Assembly (NCBI RefSeq): GCF_036321535.1
Contig: NC_087436.1
Location: 113,896,001 to 113,960,000 of the forward strand
Length of the DNA: 64,000 bases
Direction: 5' to 3'
Origin: Camelus dromedarius
Taxonomy: Eukaryota
This document shows positions 50,204 to 62,852 of the stretch, piece by piece; positions within the stretch are counted from its first letter, which is position 1; each line of letters begins with the position of its first letter. Below the pieces are notes generated by a model that was given only the letters and a program-made list of their open reading frames with translations, was not told the DNA's origin and ran no database searches. The translations under genes were made by a program, and so were the position numbers.

Positions 50204-51308
50204 CAGGCATACTTTGGAGATATTTCAAATTTGGTTCCAGACCACTGAAATAAAGTGACCATCACAATAAACTGAGTCAAACAAAATTCTTAGTTTCCAG
50301 TGCATACAAAAGTTATGTTTACACTATACTGAAATTTAAGTGTGCAATAGAATTGTGTCTAAACAGCAATGTACATAACTTAATTTAAAAATAATTTGTA
50401 CTAAAAAATGCTAACCATCATCTGAGCCTTTAGAAAGCCATAATATTTTTGCTGGTGGAGGGTCTTGCGTCAAGTTGATGGCTGCTGACTGATCAGGATG
50501 GTGATTATGAAGGTTGGGGCGGCTGTGGTGATTCCTTAAAATAAGACAGCAATGAAATTTGCCACATCGATCGACTTTCACAAACAATTTCTCTGTAGCA
50601 AGCAATGCTTTTTGATAGCATGTTAGCCACAGTAGAACTTCTTTCAAAATTGGAATCAATTCTCTCAAAACCTGTTGCTGCTGTCTCAACTAAGTTCATG
50701 TAATGTTTTAAATCCTTTGTTGCCATTCAACAATCTTCACAACATCTTCACCAGGAGTAGGTCCCATCTCAAGAAGGTACTTTACACACTTGTCCATAAA
50801 AAGCAACTCCTCACCTGTTAAGGTTTGATGAGAATGCAGCAATGCAGTCACATCTTCAGGCTCCATTTCTGATTCTAGTTCTCTTGCTGTTTCCACCACA
50901 TCTCCAGTTACTTCCCCCACTGAAGTCCTGAACCCCTCAAAGTTATCCATGGACATCAGAATCAGAATCAACTTCTTCCAAATTCCTCTTAGTATTGATA
51001 TTTTAACCTCGCACACACACATTTATCCATTAAGTTTGCTATCTTTTATGGGCACGGTTCTCGGCACTCCCAGACAGTTACAATAGTAACATCAAAGAGC
51101 AATGATCACAGATTACTATAACAGATGTAATAATAAAGGGATATTTGGACTATTTCAGGAATTATCAAAATGTGACACAGAGACTCAAAGTGAGAAAATG
51201 CTGTTGGACTCTCCATCAGGGTTGCCACAAACCTTCAATTTGTTATTAAAAAAAACCAAAACAGTGTCTGTTAAGCACAGTAAAGTACAACAAGATGAGG
51301 TATGCCTG
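50204..51308 (-). mobile_element. Tigger1 internal-deletion derivative
   Basis: TA TSDs (50202-50203, 51309-51310), TIR CAGGCATAC at both ends; ORFs WKKLI...FEGFRTSV.EVT.DVVE.ARELE and AATGFERIDSNFERSSTV match the Tigger1 transposase C-terminus. Confidence 0.95.
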
Positions 51309-52263
51309 TATCAGTAAACAGATACACTTGGAACTTCACTGGGCTTCCTTTGTCATGTTTTCAGGAGCTATAATTCTCTAGTCTAAGGAAGAATACAAGG
51401 TAAATCTTGCTTCCTGCATCCCATCTGTGCTCTGCAGAACTATATGACAGCATTTGCAGCACCTCTGCCTTGCTCTGGATGTCTTCCCACTCACCCTCAT
51501 ACTTACCGACACTAGCTGCATTCACCCTAACTCACTCCCTTGATAACCTCTCTGAAGCTTCCATTGCTAAGGTAAGGGGCTAGAATTCAGGAAAGGGGAT
51601 ATCAGATTTGTCTGCTGCAATGGTGAAGAGAAACTTACCACCATTCTAATGACAATAACCATAGAGATTTCCCACTTCCAGACATATATTTAATGCGATA
51701 AGGGGCTCTTATCTCACTCTATCAGTTCTGTCTCTATGGAGAGAGACAGAGGACTTACTAACACATGACGGAGGGAGAAGACCATGGGTGAGGATGAAAC
51801 TACCTGTTCATTGAAAACTTTAGAAAATGGTTCACAATAATTTATTTCAACTCATCCGATGCCATAAAACCAAAGGACATAGAAGAAGATCCACATGCAT
51901 GTCCTTTCATATGTCTCTGTCTTGACTTCCCTTCTGTCTTATTTCAGATATCCTCCAGGAGCAGCACATCAAACCCAGAAATTTCTCTGCTTCTGAACTT
52001 GCTAATGCAGACCCCACAATTTCTCTTCATAATCTACTAATTTTACAGCATGCCTGCTAATCTACATTTAATTTTTACCTCATCAGAATATCTAGTGCCT
52101 TGAAACATGCAAGAAACTATCATATCTACCACAATCTCTCTCCAGATTACACTTTAAAGCCTATCTCTTTATACCCATGTCCACACAAAATTTTACATGT
52201 ATGTTTCTGCCGCTTTGTCCATTCATTAAATCTTTTTGAAAAATTCTATGGATGGATTCCAGC

Positions 52264-52718
52264 TGCCAGCTAAAAATTGGCACTTGCCATCTGCCTCTGC
52301 AAGGATTAGATCGTGAGCTACTGCAGCCGCTGATGTTTAACACAACCTGGATATCAGGAATGAGGTTTTTCTGTGCTCTGGGAAAAACTGGCAGAAAAGG
52401 TCTTCAGATAGTTAGATATTTTCCGAAGAAGGTTTTATGAGCCCAGATTCTTGTCTCCTCTTATCTAGAAAAGCACCAAAATCATTAATGCTGACATCTG
52501 CTCCTGGTAACTAGCAGCAAGCCTCTGCCACATGTGTGCTTGACTGCATGTGCCCCTCTTCACTAAAATCGTATATAATACTGACCTTCCCACCTATCTC
52601 TTCAGAGCAGTTACTCAGAGCTATCTGAGATGCTGGTTCCCGGGCTATAGTCCTTATTTTGCCCCCAGTAAAACTGAATTCACAACCCTCACATTGTGTG
52701 ATTTTATTTCAATCAACA
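52264..52718 (+). mobile_element. ERV1-class (MER34-like) solo LTR
   Basis: TG...CA; tatataa, cctatctcttcagagcagttactcagagctatctgagatgctg, ctcacattgtgtgatttt...tcaaca. Confidence 0.7.
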
Positions 52719-53194
52719 AAACTCTTCCCTTTTGTGTGATCTATGAAGTACCCAACCAGAAGAGTTGCACCACTGTAAATTCACTGAGCCTAATTTCAAT
52801 TATAATTTATAACCTGCCCCAAAATATCTGGACATGTATTTCTAATCATCCTGCTCTTTAAATCTTTGCAAAGTCTGTCCCCTCCCCTTCTCTCACTCTT
52901 AGTAGATACCACTTTCTTCTACTTTACAAACAAATTCGAAAACACCAAACATAAAAGTTTTGAAATTTCCATTATTAATTAATAATTTTTGTCAGCAATA
53001 TTAGCAGAAGCAATTTCAGTAGCGTGCCAAAGTTTAACTGGATTTAAGGGTGTTTCTAGAATATTTTCACTCAAAATATTTCAGGATGAATCAATAGATG
53101 AACAACAAAGACATGAAAAATAAGAAGAAAAACTGTCTCTCTCTTTTTCTTATCACAGGCAGGAAGAAAAATGGTGCAGAGTAAGGCGAATGTG

Positions 53195-54050
53195 TGTGTC
53201 CTGTTTCTGTCCTCATCCTACTCGACCTCTTGGCAGCGTGGACAGTGGTGGTGTCTTCCATCTCCAAACACTGTTCTCTGGCTCCTCCCTTTGGTCCTAG
53301 CTCTCTAGCTTCCTCTACCCAGTCACTGAGTATGGGCGATTCTCAGAACCACTCATATACTCTCCTCTGATCTCGCAACACTTACTCAGTAGGCAATTGT
53401 ATTTATTTTCTGAGATTCAGTAGTAATCTGTTTGCCAATGAGTTTTAAGTTTATAATACCCTACATGGCTTTCTCTTTGGATGCCTAGACTCAATTGTCT
53501 ACTGGACATCTTCACTTGGATTTCTACAGAGGCTTAAAACACTTCAAAGTCTCCTCGTTGTCATCAGGATATAGTCTAAGTTCTAGCTCGCATGGCCTGG
53601 GCTCTGCCCTGACCTTCCTTCTCATCTAGCACTGTTCATACTCACTGTCCAGGCCCTGGCCAACTCCAGGTTTCCAAAGGTACCACAAGCGTTTTTTGCA
53701 TTTCTCACTGCCTGGAATAATCTTCTCATCTCATCAGCCAGCTCAGTGTCTTGTTCCTTCTCATCTGTGGGCTTCTATTTATGCATTGCTTCCTAGGAGA
53801 ACCTTTCTTTGACTCCCCAGAGAGAGTAAGCTCCCCTGCCTTCTAGCTCTTATCCTGCCCTATTTCTGCATTACACATTTACTGATTACTATGTCTCAAG
53901 CTCTCTTTTCTTCACCAAATTGTAAACTCCACAAGAGTGATGTTCATGCCTGTCTTACTTGAGACACTGGAATTTTATTTATTGGGCCCTCCAAAACAGC
54001 TAAATAACACAGTGCCTGGCCCATTGAGCTATATACTTATTTAATAAATT
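53195..54050 (+). mobile_element. L2 fragment
   Basis: cctcatcctactcgacctct, aattgtctactggacatcttcacttggat, ctgcctggaataatctt, tgtaaactccacaagag, cacagtgcctggc. Confidence 0.85.
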
Positions 54051-54364
54051 TACAAAAGAAGTTTCTAGTGAATCAGATTTGAGGTTATAAAATAATGGGA
54101 GAATCAAAATAGTTATGGAATAAATGAAGAATGGTATAGAGAAAGCAGAAATGGCAGAATTTTAAAAGGATTAAAAAAGAAGGGCAATTATGCTAGAATA
54201 TTTTACTCAGATTATTTTATTAATCTTTAAAACAGCTCTGGGTAGAAAATAGGGAAAAGGGGACACAATTAAAATACTAGCCAACATGATTTTTCTTTTT
54301 TAAGTTGAGTGAAAGATCCATTTTTCAGAATAGAATATCAAGGGGGCAAAGCTCTAAATAAAAA

Positions 54365-54530
54365 TCAGAAATCATAAAGTTGCAAAGAATTTAGAGACCA
54401 TGTTGTACGTCTTGGTTATTGAAAGGTGAAAAAAGTTTCTCAAGGTGACAAAGCAAGTTGAAAGCAAATTTGAGACAAAGGCCAGGTTTTCTTACTCTCA
54501 GCTCAAAGTCATTTTGGTTCCCCACACTGA
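54365..54530 (-). mobile_element. MIR3-like fragment
   Basis: aatcagaaatcataaagttgcaaagaatttagagaccat...ctcaaggtgaca...ccaggttttctt. Confidence 0.6.
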
Positions 54531-55520
54531 CTCCTTTGAAATGTAAGGAATCTAAAGAAAGGTCAAAAAGGATATACTGGGAGACTGGGAAAACCAGATG
54601 AATGATGGAAAGTGTAGCATAGGATGAGAAAAGTGAATTAAAAAAATGAAAGGGCCCATTTCTAATTCATAGATGTTTCACTTTATTCAACATTTAGTAT
54701 CTGTGATTTAATGGTGGTTTGGCACATAGAACAGAAGAGCAAAAAATAATGAAAATATGATTATGGCAAGATCATCCATCAATCTGAAAGATGGAGTCCT
54801 GGCAGGTCTACACTCAGGATCAAAAGTCTTTGTTTGGAACAGCCCAGTATGCTCAACCAAATACCAATATTTCAAAGTTCTTTCATCTAAATTGGAAAAA
54901 AAAATGTCATCTGTCTATAACACGCACCCTATTGTGGTCTGCCTTCCAAAGCAAAAGAAAGCAGCCAAAAGTTAAAGGGACCAGCACGTTATTTTGGGAG
55001 AATGTTGTTACTCTTTTTCTATCTTCCAAAAGAAGCAGAAGAGTGGAAGGTAAGTGATAGTGATTTTTATTTGAAAGTCGAAACTTACTCTGTTGTTCAC
55101 ATTTTGTAGTGGGTTTATTTGTCCACATTGTCAGATAGCATCAAGTATGGAGCCATTAATATAGGGCAGAATTTATATCTTTTTCTAAGTTTAATTTGAC
55201 TGTATTGCATAGATAGTGTATTAAAGGCTTGTAATGTACCACCCATAGTCATTGACCTTATGAGAATATGGTCTGTGTTATCAAGTAGCATACAGTGTTT
55301 GGGAAAGGCAAGGAACCTGCACACAGGTGCAAGCAATCCTATGTCATACAAAGGTTGTTCAAATAAGCATAGAGCCAGAAAGAGAACATTAGTTAATAAG
55401 AATAATTCACTTTTTTCTGAGCTGTTGATATTTGCCAGATATTTTTCTGAGGTCTTTATACAGATTTCCTCATTTTTGGATGGGAATATTTGCAAAATGT
55501 ACTCTTGTTTCATAATGCTA

Positions 55521-55943
55521 TTTTTTTCATTGACATATAATTGATTGTAGAATAGATAAACAAGATTATACTGTATAGCACAGGGAAATATATACAAGAT
55601 CTTATGGTAGCTCACAGAGAAACCAATGTGACAATGAATATATATTTGTTCATGTATAAGTGAAAAATTGTGCTCTACACTGGAATTTGACACAACTTTG
55701 TAAAATGATTATAAATCAATAAGAAATGTTTAAAAAAAAGAAATATAATTGATTTACAATGTTTCAGGTGTATAGCAAAGTGATTCAGTTATATATATAC
55801 GTATATTATTTTTCAGATTCTTTTCCATGATGGGTTATTACGAGATACTGAATACATTTCCTGGTGCTCTACAGTAGTTCCTTGTTGTTTATCTGCTTTA
55901 TATGTAGTGGTATGCATATGTTAATCCCAAATTCCTAATTTAG
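55521..55943 (-). mobile_element. Artiodactyl-type L1 3' end, split by a younger L1
   Basis: tttttttcattgacatataattgatt | tacaatgtttcaggtgtatagcaaagtgattcagttata...tatgttaatcccaaattcctaattta. Confidence 0.9.
55547..55739 (+). mobile_element. Young camelid-type L1 3' end with 15-bp TSD
   Basis: gtagaatagataaacaagattatactgtatagcacagggaaatatatacaagatctt...ctggaatttgacacaac...aaaaaaaa; TSD GA[C/A]ATATAATTGATT at 55532-55546 and 55740-55754. Confidence 0.93.
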
Positions 55944-56284
55944 CCTCATTTAATCCTCATTACAATCTTTTCAGGATTGCTTTTCAGGAGTGAGAATTCT
56001 GGGGCAGAGAAAAGGTAAGTAATTTTCCCCAATTTTCAGAGCTATGGAAATACTGATTACATCCCAAGAGCTTCATAAACATTACTTTGTTTACACAGAA
56101 GTCATGCAAAAGAAATCGTAAGTTTCATCGTACCTAAAATGGAGCAGTACTGCATGTGCCTTAGTTATATGGCTTCTGAGGGCTCACGTAAACCATCAAG
56201 TCAGAAACTTCTGGGGACTAACGTACGCTCTTTTCCCTAAACACTCACATGCAAAAAGAGAGATTTTCATAATGGAACTGATGT

Positions 56285-56500
56285 TGAACTTAGCCCACGA
56301 ATTTTGAAAAGGCAGTTGATAAGGAGTGAGGGAGGATGTTCCAGGCCATCGGGGAAAGTAAGTGGCAAGACAAAGATAACAGAAAACAGGGGTATCTGGG
56401 GAGGAGCAAGCAGGCTAGTGTGGTTCCTGAGGGGTAAGAGATGAGCTTGGCACAGTAGGCCAGGTCCATCAGCAAAGGCCTTGGGTGCGAGGCTACGGAG
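56285..56500 (-). mobile_element. L2 fragment
   Basis: gatgttccaggc, aggctagtgtgg, gagatgag...gtaggccagg...aggccttg. Confidence 0.65.
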
Positions 56501-59498
56501 CAGTGGAAGAATTGCAGAGTTTTCAGGGCTCAAGTTTGTCCTGGGTTGATGATTGTGTAGTTCTAAATTGAACCCAGACTCCCCATTGTTCAGCATAGAA
56601 CTACTCTTGGCAAAGCTTCAATCCAAGAACCTTTTAGAAGTTCATTAAACATCTCAAAAGCTTTTTCAAATACCGAAAGTCCTCAGCACTCCATTTAAAT
56701 GTAAATACATTTGAGAGTTTGAATTCGAAGATTTAAGAGTGAAAGGGGGAAAGTGCTTGGATATAAGTGTTGTTTGGGAAAAAGAAATGGAAAAGTGATG
56801 AGCAGTGTGGGACCCAGGAGAGACCTGAATGCAACCGATGCCGCAAGTTTTTGGAAATCATCAGAGCCGTCACTGCGGTTCTCTCTGATGCTGATCATCA
56901 GTTGGGGAATTCAGAAGTGGACATCAGAGAGAGGAACGCTGGACATCAAACACAAGAGAATGAAAACCACAGAATGAAAGCTCAGCTGGGTTTGGGCAGA
57001 GTTATGCTTCCAGGTGGCTGTGCATATTAGAAATCTGTCAGGTCTGGATCTGTGATGAAGGGGTGACTGAACCAACTTTGGTCCACAGAGAAGCCCTGGT
57101 CCCATCCAGATGGTGCTTGTGCTTATGTGGTGATGATCACAATCACTCTTCCGCTTCTCAGTAACATCCATGTCAATGCACCCTTCTAAGACTCCACCAG
57201 GAAATCAGTTTTACAGAATATCGTCTTGGAGACAAAGGAGATAGTGGATGCTGAGGCTTTTTTAATATTGCCATTTTGAAAATAGAATGCAAAGAAACTA
57301 AAAACTCAAGGCTGAAATGCAAGCTTCTGTTTATAATGAAGAAATACACACAAGGTATTTCTAATGCTTATCCTTTTTTTAAATCTCTAAATCAATTTAT
57401 GACATAATTAATTTTTATTGTGTTAAATTCTATGTTTGTAGAACATATAAGTGATACAGAACTTTTTTCTGTTTTTTATAAAAATCATGTATTCTGTTAA
57501 ACACCCACATTATTTACATGATTCTATAAAAATACAGCTTTTAATTGTAAAATATGTATTTACTACTTTTAGGAAAAAAATGAGCAGTAAATATCTATAA
57601 ACTCAGTTCAAAGAAATAAGAGCTGTTAATATGTTCAAATTTTTTCCAGTCTTATACCATAAACATACTCATTTACACACAAAATTCTTGATAAAACTGG
57701 AATCATGCCAAATGTAAATTATGTTTAAAGATATATATTGTTTATATGTTTCAATAAAACAATGTAGGTTTTTTTAACATAATACATTGTTTTTATCTAA
57801 AAATAGAAAAAATTAAACTTTGTTACAGCTAGATTAGTATCTAAGATATCATTTATTTCAAAGTTGTTATAAAAGACTGTTAGAATATTCAATATGATAT
57901 TTGTATCTTTCTGTGAGTCTTCAAATGTCCCAAAAGTTTATTGAGAATTACCTACATTATTTAATTATTTAATAATAAGTTATTATTTAATTTGGCTTGG
58001 AACTAAATTAAAGGATTATTTTTTTGACCTCATAGTACCTTTTGGGTTTAATTAGGCTAATCAACCAATTTATAAATAGCAATGATGCACTTTTAGGGAT
58101 TTTCAAATATAACCAGAGGAGGTTTTGTTTGTTTTAATTTTTTTAAACAGCCATATCTGTGTATTAATTAAGTACAAATCAGTATAGTAATGTAACTTTA
58201 AATAAAAATTTTGAGTCAATGTGATACAGACCTTAAGAGTTAAAGTAAATTCTTAGAGAATGACATACTCTTCCCTTTGAAAGATTCATATGAACCCTGG
58301 TGGTCTAGGAGTTGTTTCCTGGATTATGCTTAACCTAATCCCAGCTATATTATTTTTCTTAACCCTTAGCAATCCCTAAACTTCATACCAACGCCCCTCA
58401 CCCCAATATTTCTCATTCTCAGTAGCTAGAAATGGGTTACACTCAGAAATTAGATGAGACTCTGAGAGAGGACAAGGACACTTGCTGTCTTTATGAAAAC
58501 TGAAAGTTCATAGGTAGGTGTTTTGTGTTGAGTCAGCATGTCCCTGCAAATAACATGGTTCCACGTAGGCAACATATCCAGCCTTGGGATGCAGCAGTGG
58601 ATGCCACACGGTGTGGGAGAAAGCCTGAGCTTTGACATAAAAATCCCTAGGCTTTAGGCACAGGTCGCTTAACATCCTGGATCTGAATTTCATAACCTTA
58701 GTTTACATTTTTCAGAAGTCTGAAAACAAACAAATAAAAAACATTATAAATGAGTAGTAATGCTTCTAATAATTCTACAGTGCATGGAGAACCACATTCT
58801 AGGTGTTGATGTGTTTATGTACAACCAAATACACAAAACTGGAAGAATATAAATACTGTCTTATTTCCTTTTTCTTAGAGATATTTGATCTTTATTCTCT
58901 TTTGAAAAAATATGCATAGTATTTGTCATACCTATACATACAATATCATTTGTTGAATCATTCCTCTAGTGTGAAATCATAGGTTTGTTACCATCATTCA
59001 TTATGATTGAAAAATTTTCTGGTGAATATAACTTAAATGCATCTTCAGCTAAACTCCAAATTAATCCAAGATGGAATCCAAGGGTCCTTAAATACAACAC
59101 TTTGATTATTTGTCACACTTATTTGATTGCTAGTTATTTTGAAGTTTTTTTTCATATGTCTATTGGACGTTTGTATTTCTTCTGCTGCAAAATTTTTGTT
59201 TATATACGCTGTCCATTTATTAACCTGGGTGTTAGAATTTTTAGTACAATTTTATAAAGATACTATGATTATAAAGGTACTATGAATAATGAGTTCAATA
59301 ATTATTGAATAATTTTAGAAAATATAAAAATAAATAGGCAATAAAAATTTTATCTATAAACTCACAATATGATGACAGCTGTAAATATGTTGGTTTATAT
59401 TTTTTCAGTCATATGCTATAAACACATTTACTCATACACACCTTCACTCACACACAATTCTTGACGAAGCTGCAATCATGCCGTGCATAAAAATGTTT

Positions 59499-62006
59499 TC
59501 TCCATTCATTTACTTTTAATCTGTATGTGTCTTTATAGTGGGTTTCTTATAGACAACATATGGTGGGTCTTGTTTCATCCACTCTGACAATCTGTCTTCT
59601 TATTGGTATATTTAGACCACTGATGTTTGAAGTGATTATTGATATGGTTGGATTAATATCTGTCATACTTGTTACTATTTTCCATTTATTGGCCTTGTTC
59701 TTTGTTCTTATTTTTGTCTCTCATTCTTTTTCTGACTTTTTGGTTTTAAATGGGCATGTTTAATCCAAGTCCACTTTGAAATAACACTTTGCTACTTCAT
59801 GCGTAATATGAGTTCCTTATAATAACAAAATTACCCTAATTCTTCCTCCCTCCTGAGCCTTGTATCATTGTTGTCATTCACTTCACTTATGTACTAGATG
59901 AGCATACACACATGTACATATATTTATAAGCACTAATATGTACACACATATACAAATATATACACATACATATACATATATATACATGGACATATGCATA
60001 CATATATATATGTATAAACAAACATAATCAACTACAGTGTTGCTATTATTATTTTAACAAACTGTTATCTGTCATGTCAATGAAAATAAGAAAAACAGCA
60101 GTTTTATTTTACCTTCACTTACTCTTTCTTTAATGTTCTTCCTTTTCTTACGTAGATCCTAGTTTCTGACTTAAGCCATTTTCCTTCTCTCTAAAGAACT
60201 GCTTTTAACATTTCTTGTATGGCAGGTCTACTGGCAACAAATTCCCTCAAGTTTAGTTTCTCTAAGAAAGTCATTTTTCTCCTTCACTCTTGAAGGATAA
60301 TTTCACAGGGCAAAGAATTCTAGATAGAAATTTTTTGTTTTTGTTTTCTTTCAACCCTTTAATATTTCACTCCATTCTCTGTTCTTGCTTGCATGGTTTC
60401 TGAGATGTCAGATTTAATTCCTATCTTTTCTCCTCAATAGATAAGTTTTTTTTTCCCCTCTGGTCTCTTTCAGGATCTTTCTTTTATCTTTGATTTTCTG
60501 TAATTTGAAGATGATATGCCTACTGAATTTTTTTAGCATGTATCCTGCTTGGTATTGTCTGAGCCTCCTGGATCTGTGGGTTGGTGTTTGGCATTAATCT
60601 GGAGGAACTTCTCAGTTGTTACTGTTTCAAATATTTCTTCTGTTCCTCTCTCTCTTATTCTTCTGATGTTTCCATTGCATGTCTGTTACATCTTTCATAG
60701 TTGTTTCTCAGTTCTTGCAGGTGATGCTCTGTTTTTTTCCAATCCTTATTCTCTTTGCTTTTCAGCTTTTGAGGTTTCTACTGATACGTCCTCAAGCTCA
60801 GACATTCTTTACTCTGCCATCTCCAATCAACTAATAAGCTCATTAATGGCATTCTTCATTTCTGTTAATGATTTCAATTTCTAGCATTTCTGTCTGATTC
60901 TCTCTTGGAATTTCCGTCTCTCTGCTTACGTTGCCCATCTGATCTTGCATTCTGTCTACTTTACCTATTAGAATCCTTAGCATATTAATCATAATTGTTT
61001 TAAATTTCCAATCTGATCATTCCAACACCCCTGCCATGTCTGATTCTGATGTTTGCTCTGTCTCTTAAAATAGTGAGGAATTTGTTCATTTGTTTTTGGG
61101 TTTTTTTAGCAGGGGTTGTATTTTTTTTGTTTTTATTTTGGTATGCCTTATAATTTTTTTCTTGATAGCCAAACATGATGTACTAGGTAAAAGGAACTGC
61201 TGTAAGTAGACCTTTTCTAGTGTGGTGATAAGGTGTTGGAGGGGGAGGGTAGGAGAAGCATTCTATAGTCCTATGATTAGGTCCTAGTCTTTTAATGACC
61301 CTATGCATCTGGATTATAAACTTCACAAGTGTTTCTCAGTTTTATTTCTCTTCACTTAGGTGAGAGAGGATGGCTAGAGCTGACTAGAGTTGAGTATTTC
61401 CTTTCCCTCAGGTCGGTTTGGCCCTGATAACACCCCAGCAGATTAGGCCCTGGTTAGCTAGTTTCTCCTGAGGGCAGTCCTTTTAAGAACAGAGTGCTCT
61501 GGTGCATTTCAAAATGGTACCTTTTTCCAGAAGCATGAAGGAATTTTTCTCCAATAGTTACTATGAGAACCTGGTTGCGTTCTTGGAGGTAAAACTCGCA
61601 AAACTCTTGAGACTTCCCCATGACTGACTGGGTGCCCCCGGAGTTTTTATTTTTGTTGTTTTTTTTTTTTGTTTTTTTTTTTGCTTTGTTTTTCTGTCAG
61701 ACTTGTGCACGCTAAGTCCCCAGTCATTCTTCAATCATGGTTCAAGTTTTCCTCCCCTGGAACTGGTTCTCAGGATGGCTTCTACTTGGGAGTCTCTGCT
61801 CCAGGAAGCCTAACAGTAAGTCTGGTAAGACCGCCTGCATTCACCAGTCTGTCCATCTGATCTCGGAGGCAGTGTTTGCCCTACATCCTCACCTCTTTAA
61901 TAAATCCAAAAAGAGTTGTTTTTCAGTCTGTTCATTTTTTAATTTGTTGTTAAAAAAGAGTAGAAACGTTCACGCTTCTTATATATGGAACCAGAAACCA
62001 GATGTT
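59499..62006 (-). mobile_element. 5' half of an old L1 (L1MC/MD-type): 5' UTR, ORF1 and start of ORF2 endonuclease
   Basis: Minus strand: IITSNISGLNIPIRRQ and, after a frameshift, PTICCL*ETH (EN start, about 59540-59640); RILCPVKLSFKSEGE and REFVASRPAIQEMLK (ORF1 C-terminus, about 60200-60320); 5'-end motif ccagaaaccagatg near 62000. Confidence 0.88.
59905..60018. repeat. TA/CA low-complexity tract within L1
   Basis: Directly visible. Confidence 0.85.
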
Positions 62007-62599
62007 CTTAAAATTTCATCTCAGTTTTTCACTTAACATTAATTTTTGAGCATTTCTTCCATTAGTAAATATTTTAAAGCACAATGTTAAATATTGAATA
62101 CTAGTTCTTCATGTGAGTGTGTCATTACATAGTTAATCAAATTCTCTTGTATTTTTCTATTTTCTGTCCTTTTAAGGTCATGAGTAGCCTTGTACATAGA
62201 TGTTTAAGTATAAAGATATAATTCTTAGCAGATATAATTCTTTCTCTCCACAAGTTAACAAGCTAATCTAAAAGCAGTCACATTTTTAAATAGCTTTTAG
62301 AGACAATAATGAAAGATACTATAAAGCGATATCTCCAGTAGACTGTGTTTGGAGCGTTTGAAGAACAGAAGCCTTGTTGACTCTGTATGTGGTCTCTCTT
62401 GGGTCAGAGACATTCCTCTCTTTTCCCATTTCTGCCACTTTAGAACATTCCCCTCCTTTCCACAATCATTGTTCTCTCTGCCTCAGGATTCTCTCCATGA
62501 CAAAATGTTTCCTTCACCTTGAGAGATCTGACCTTGAATACATTCCATTTTTATCAAAGTTTATTTGTATAACATTCATTAAATCTTAGATAATCTCCA

Positions 62600-62852
62600 C
62601 TTATAAAACCTCATTATCCCTTATTTATTGACCATGCTTTATTCCTTTTCACAGAACCTATTACCACCTGATATTGCATCATATGCTTATTTTTTTACTC
62701 TTCTATCAGAAGTTTATTTTCCATTAAATACTAGCTCCCAGAGGGCATAGGACTAGTTGGTTTTATTCATCATTGAGTCTCCAAAGCCTAAAACTGTTCC
62801 TAACAGAATAGGTTGTCAATAATATTTTTAAACAGATAAATAACTAAATGAC
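62600..62852 (+). mobile_element. L2 3' fragment
   Basis: ttaccacctgatat, agctcccagagggcatagg, tttattcatcattgagtctccaaagcctaaaac, caataatatt. Confidence 0.75.

Noticed and set aside
50411..51022. Transposase-like ORFs as a TIGD1-type gene
   Set aside because: Frameshifted, N-terminal and catalytic regions deleted, bounded by TIRs: a dead Tigger1
3444..55049. Scattered plus-strand splice-like sites (acceptors near 3443, 15869, 36831, 53158; donors near 19468, 36887, 55050) as a lncRNA
   Set aside because: Such motifs are common by chance in 64 kb; no exon chain can be supported without RNA data
55115..55693. Longest ORF (192 aa, minus strand)
   Set aside because: Runs through antisense L1 tail, TSD, candidate transduced sequence and MIR; chimeric, with no protein family signature
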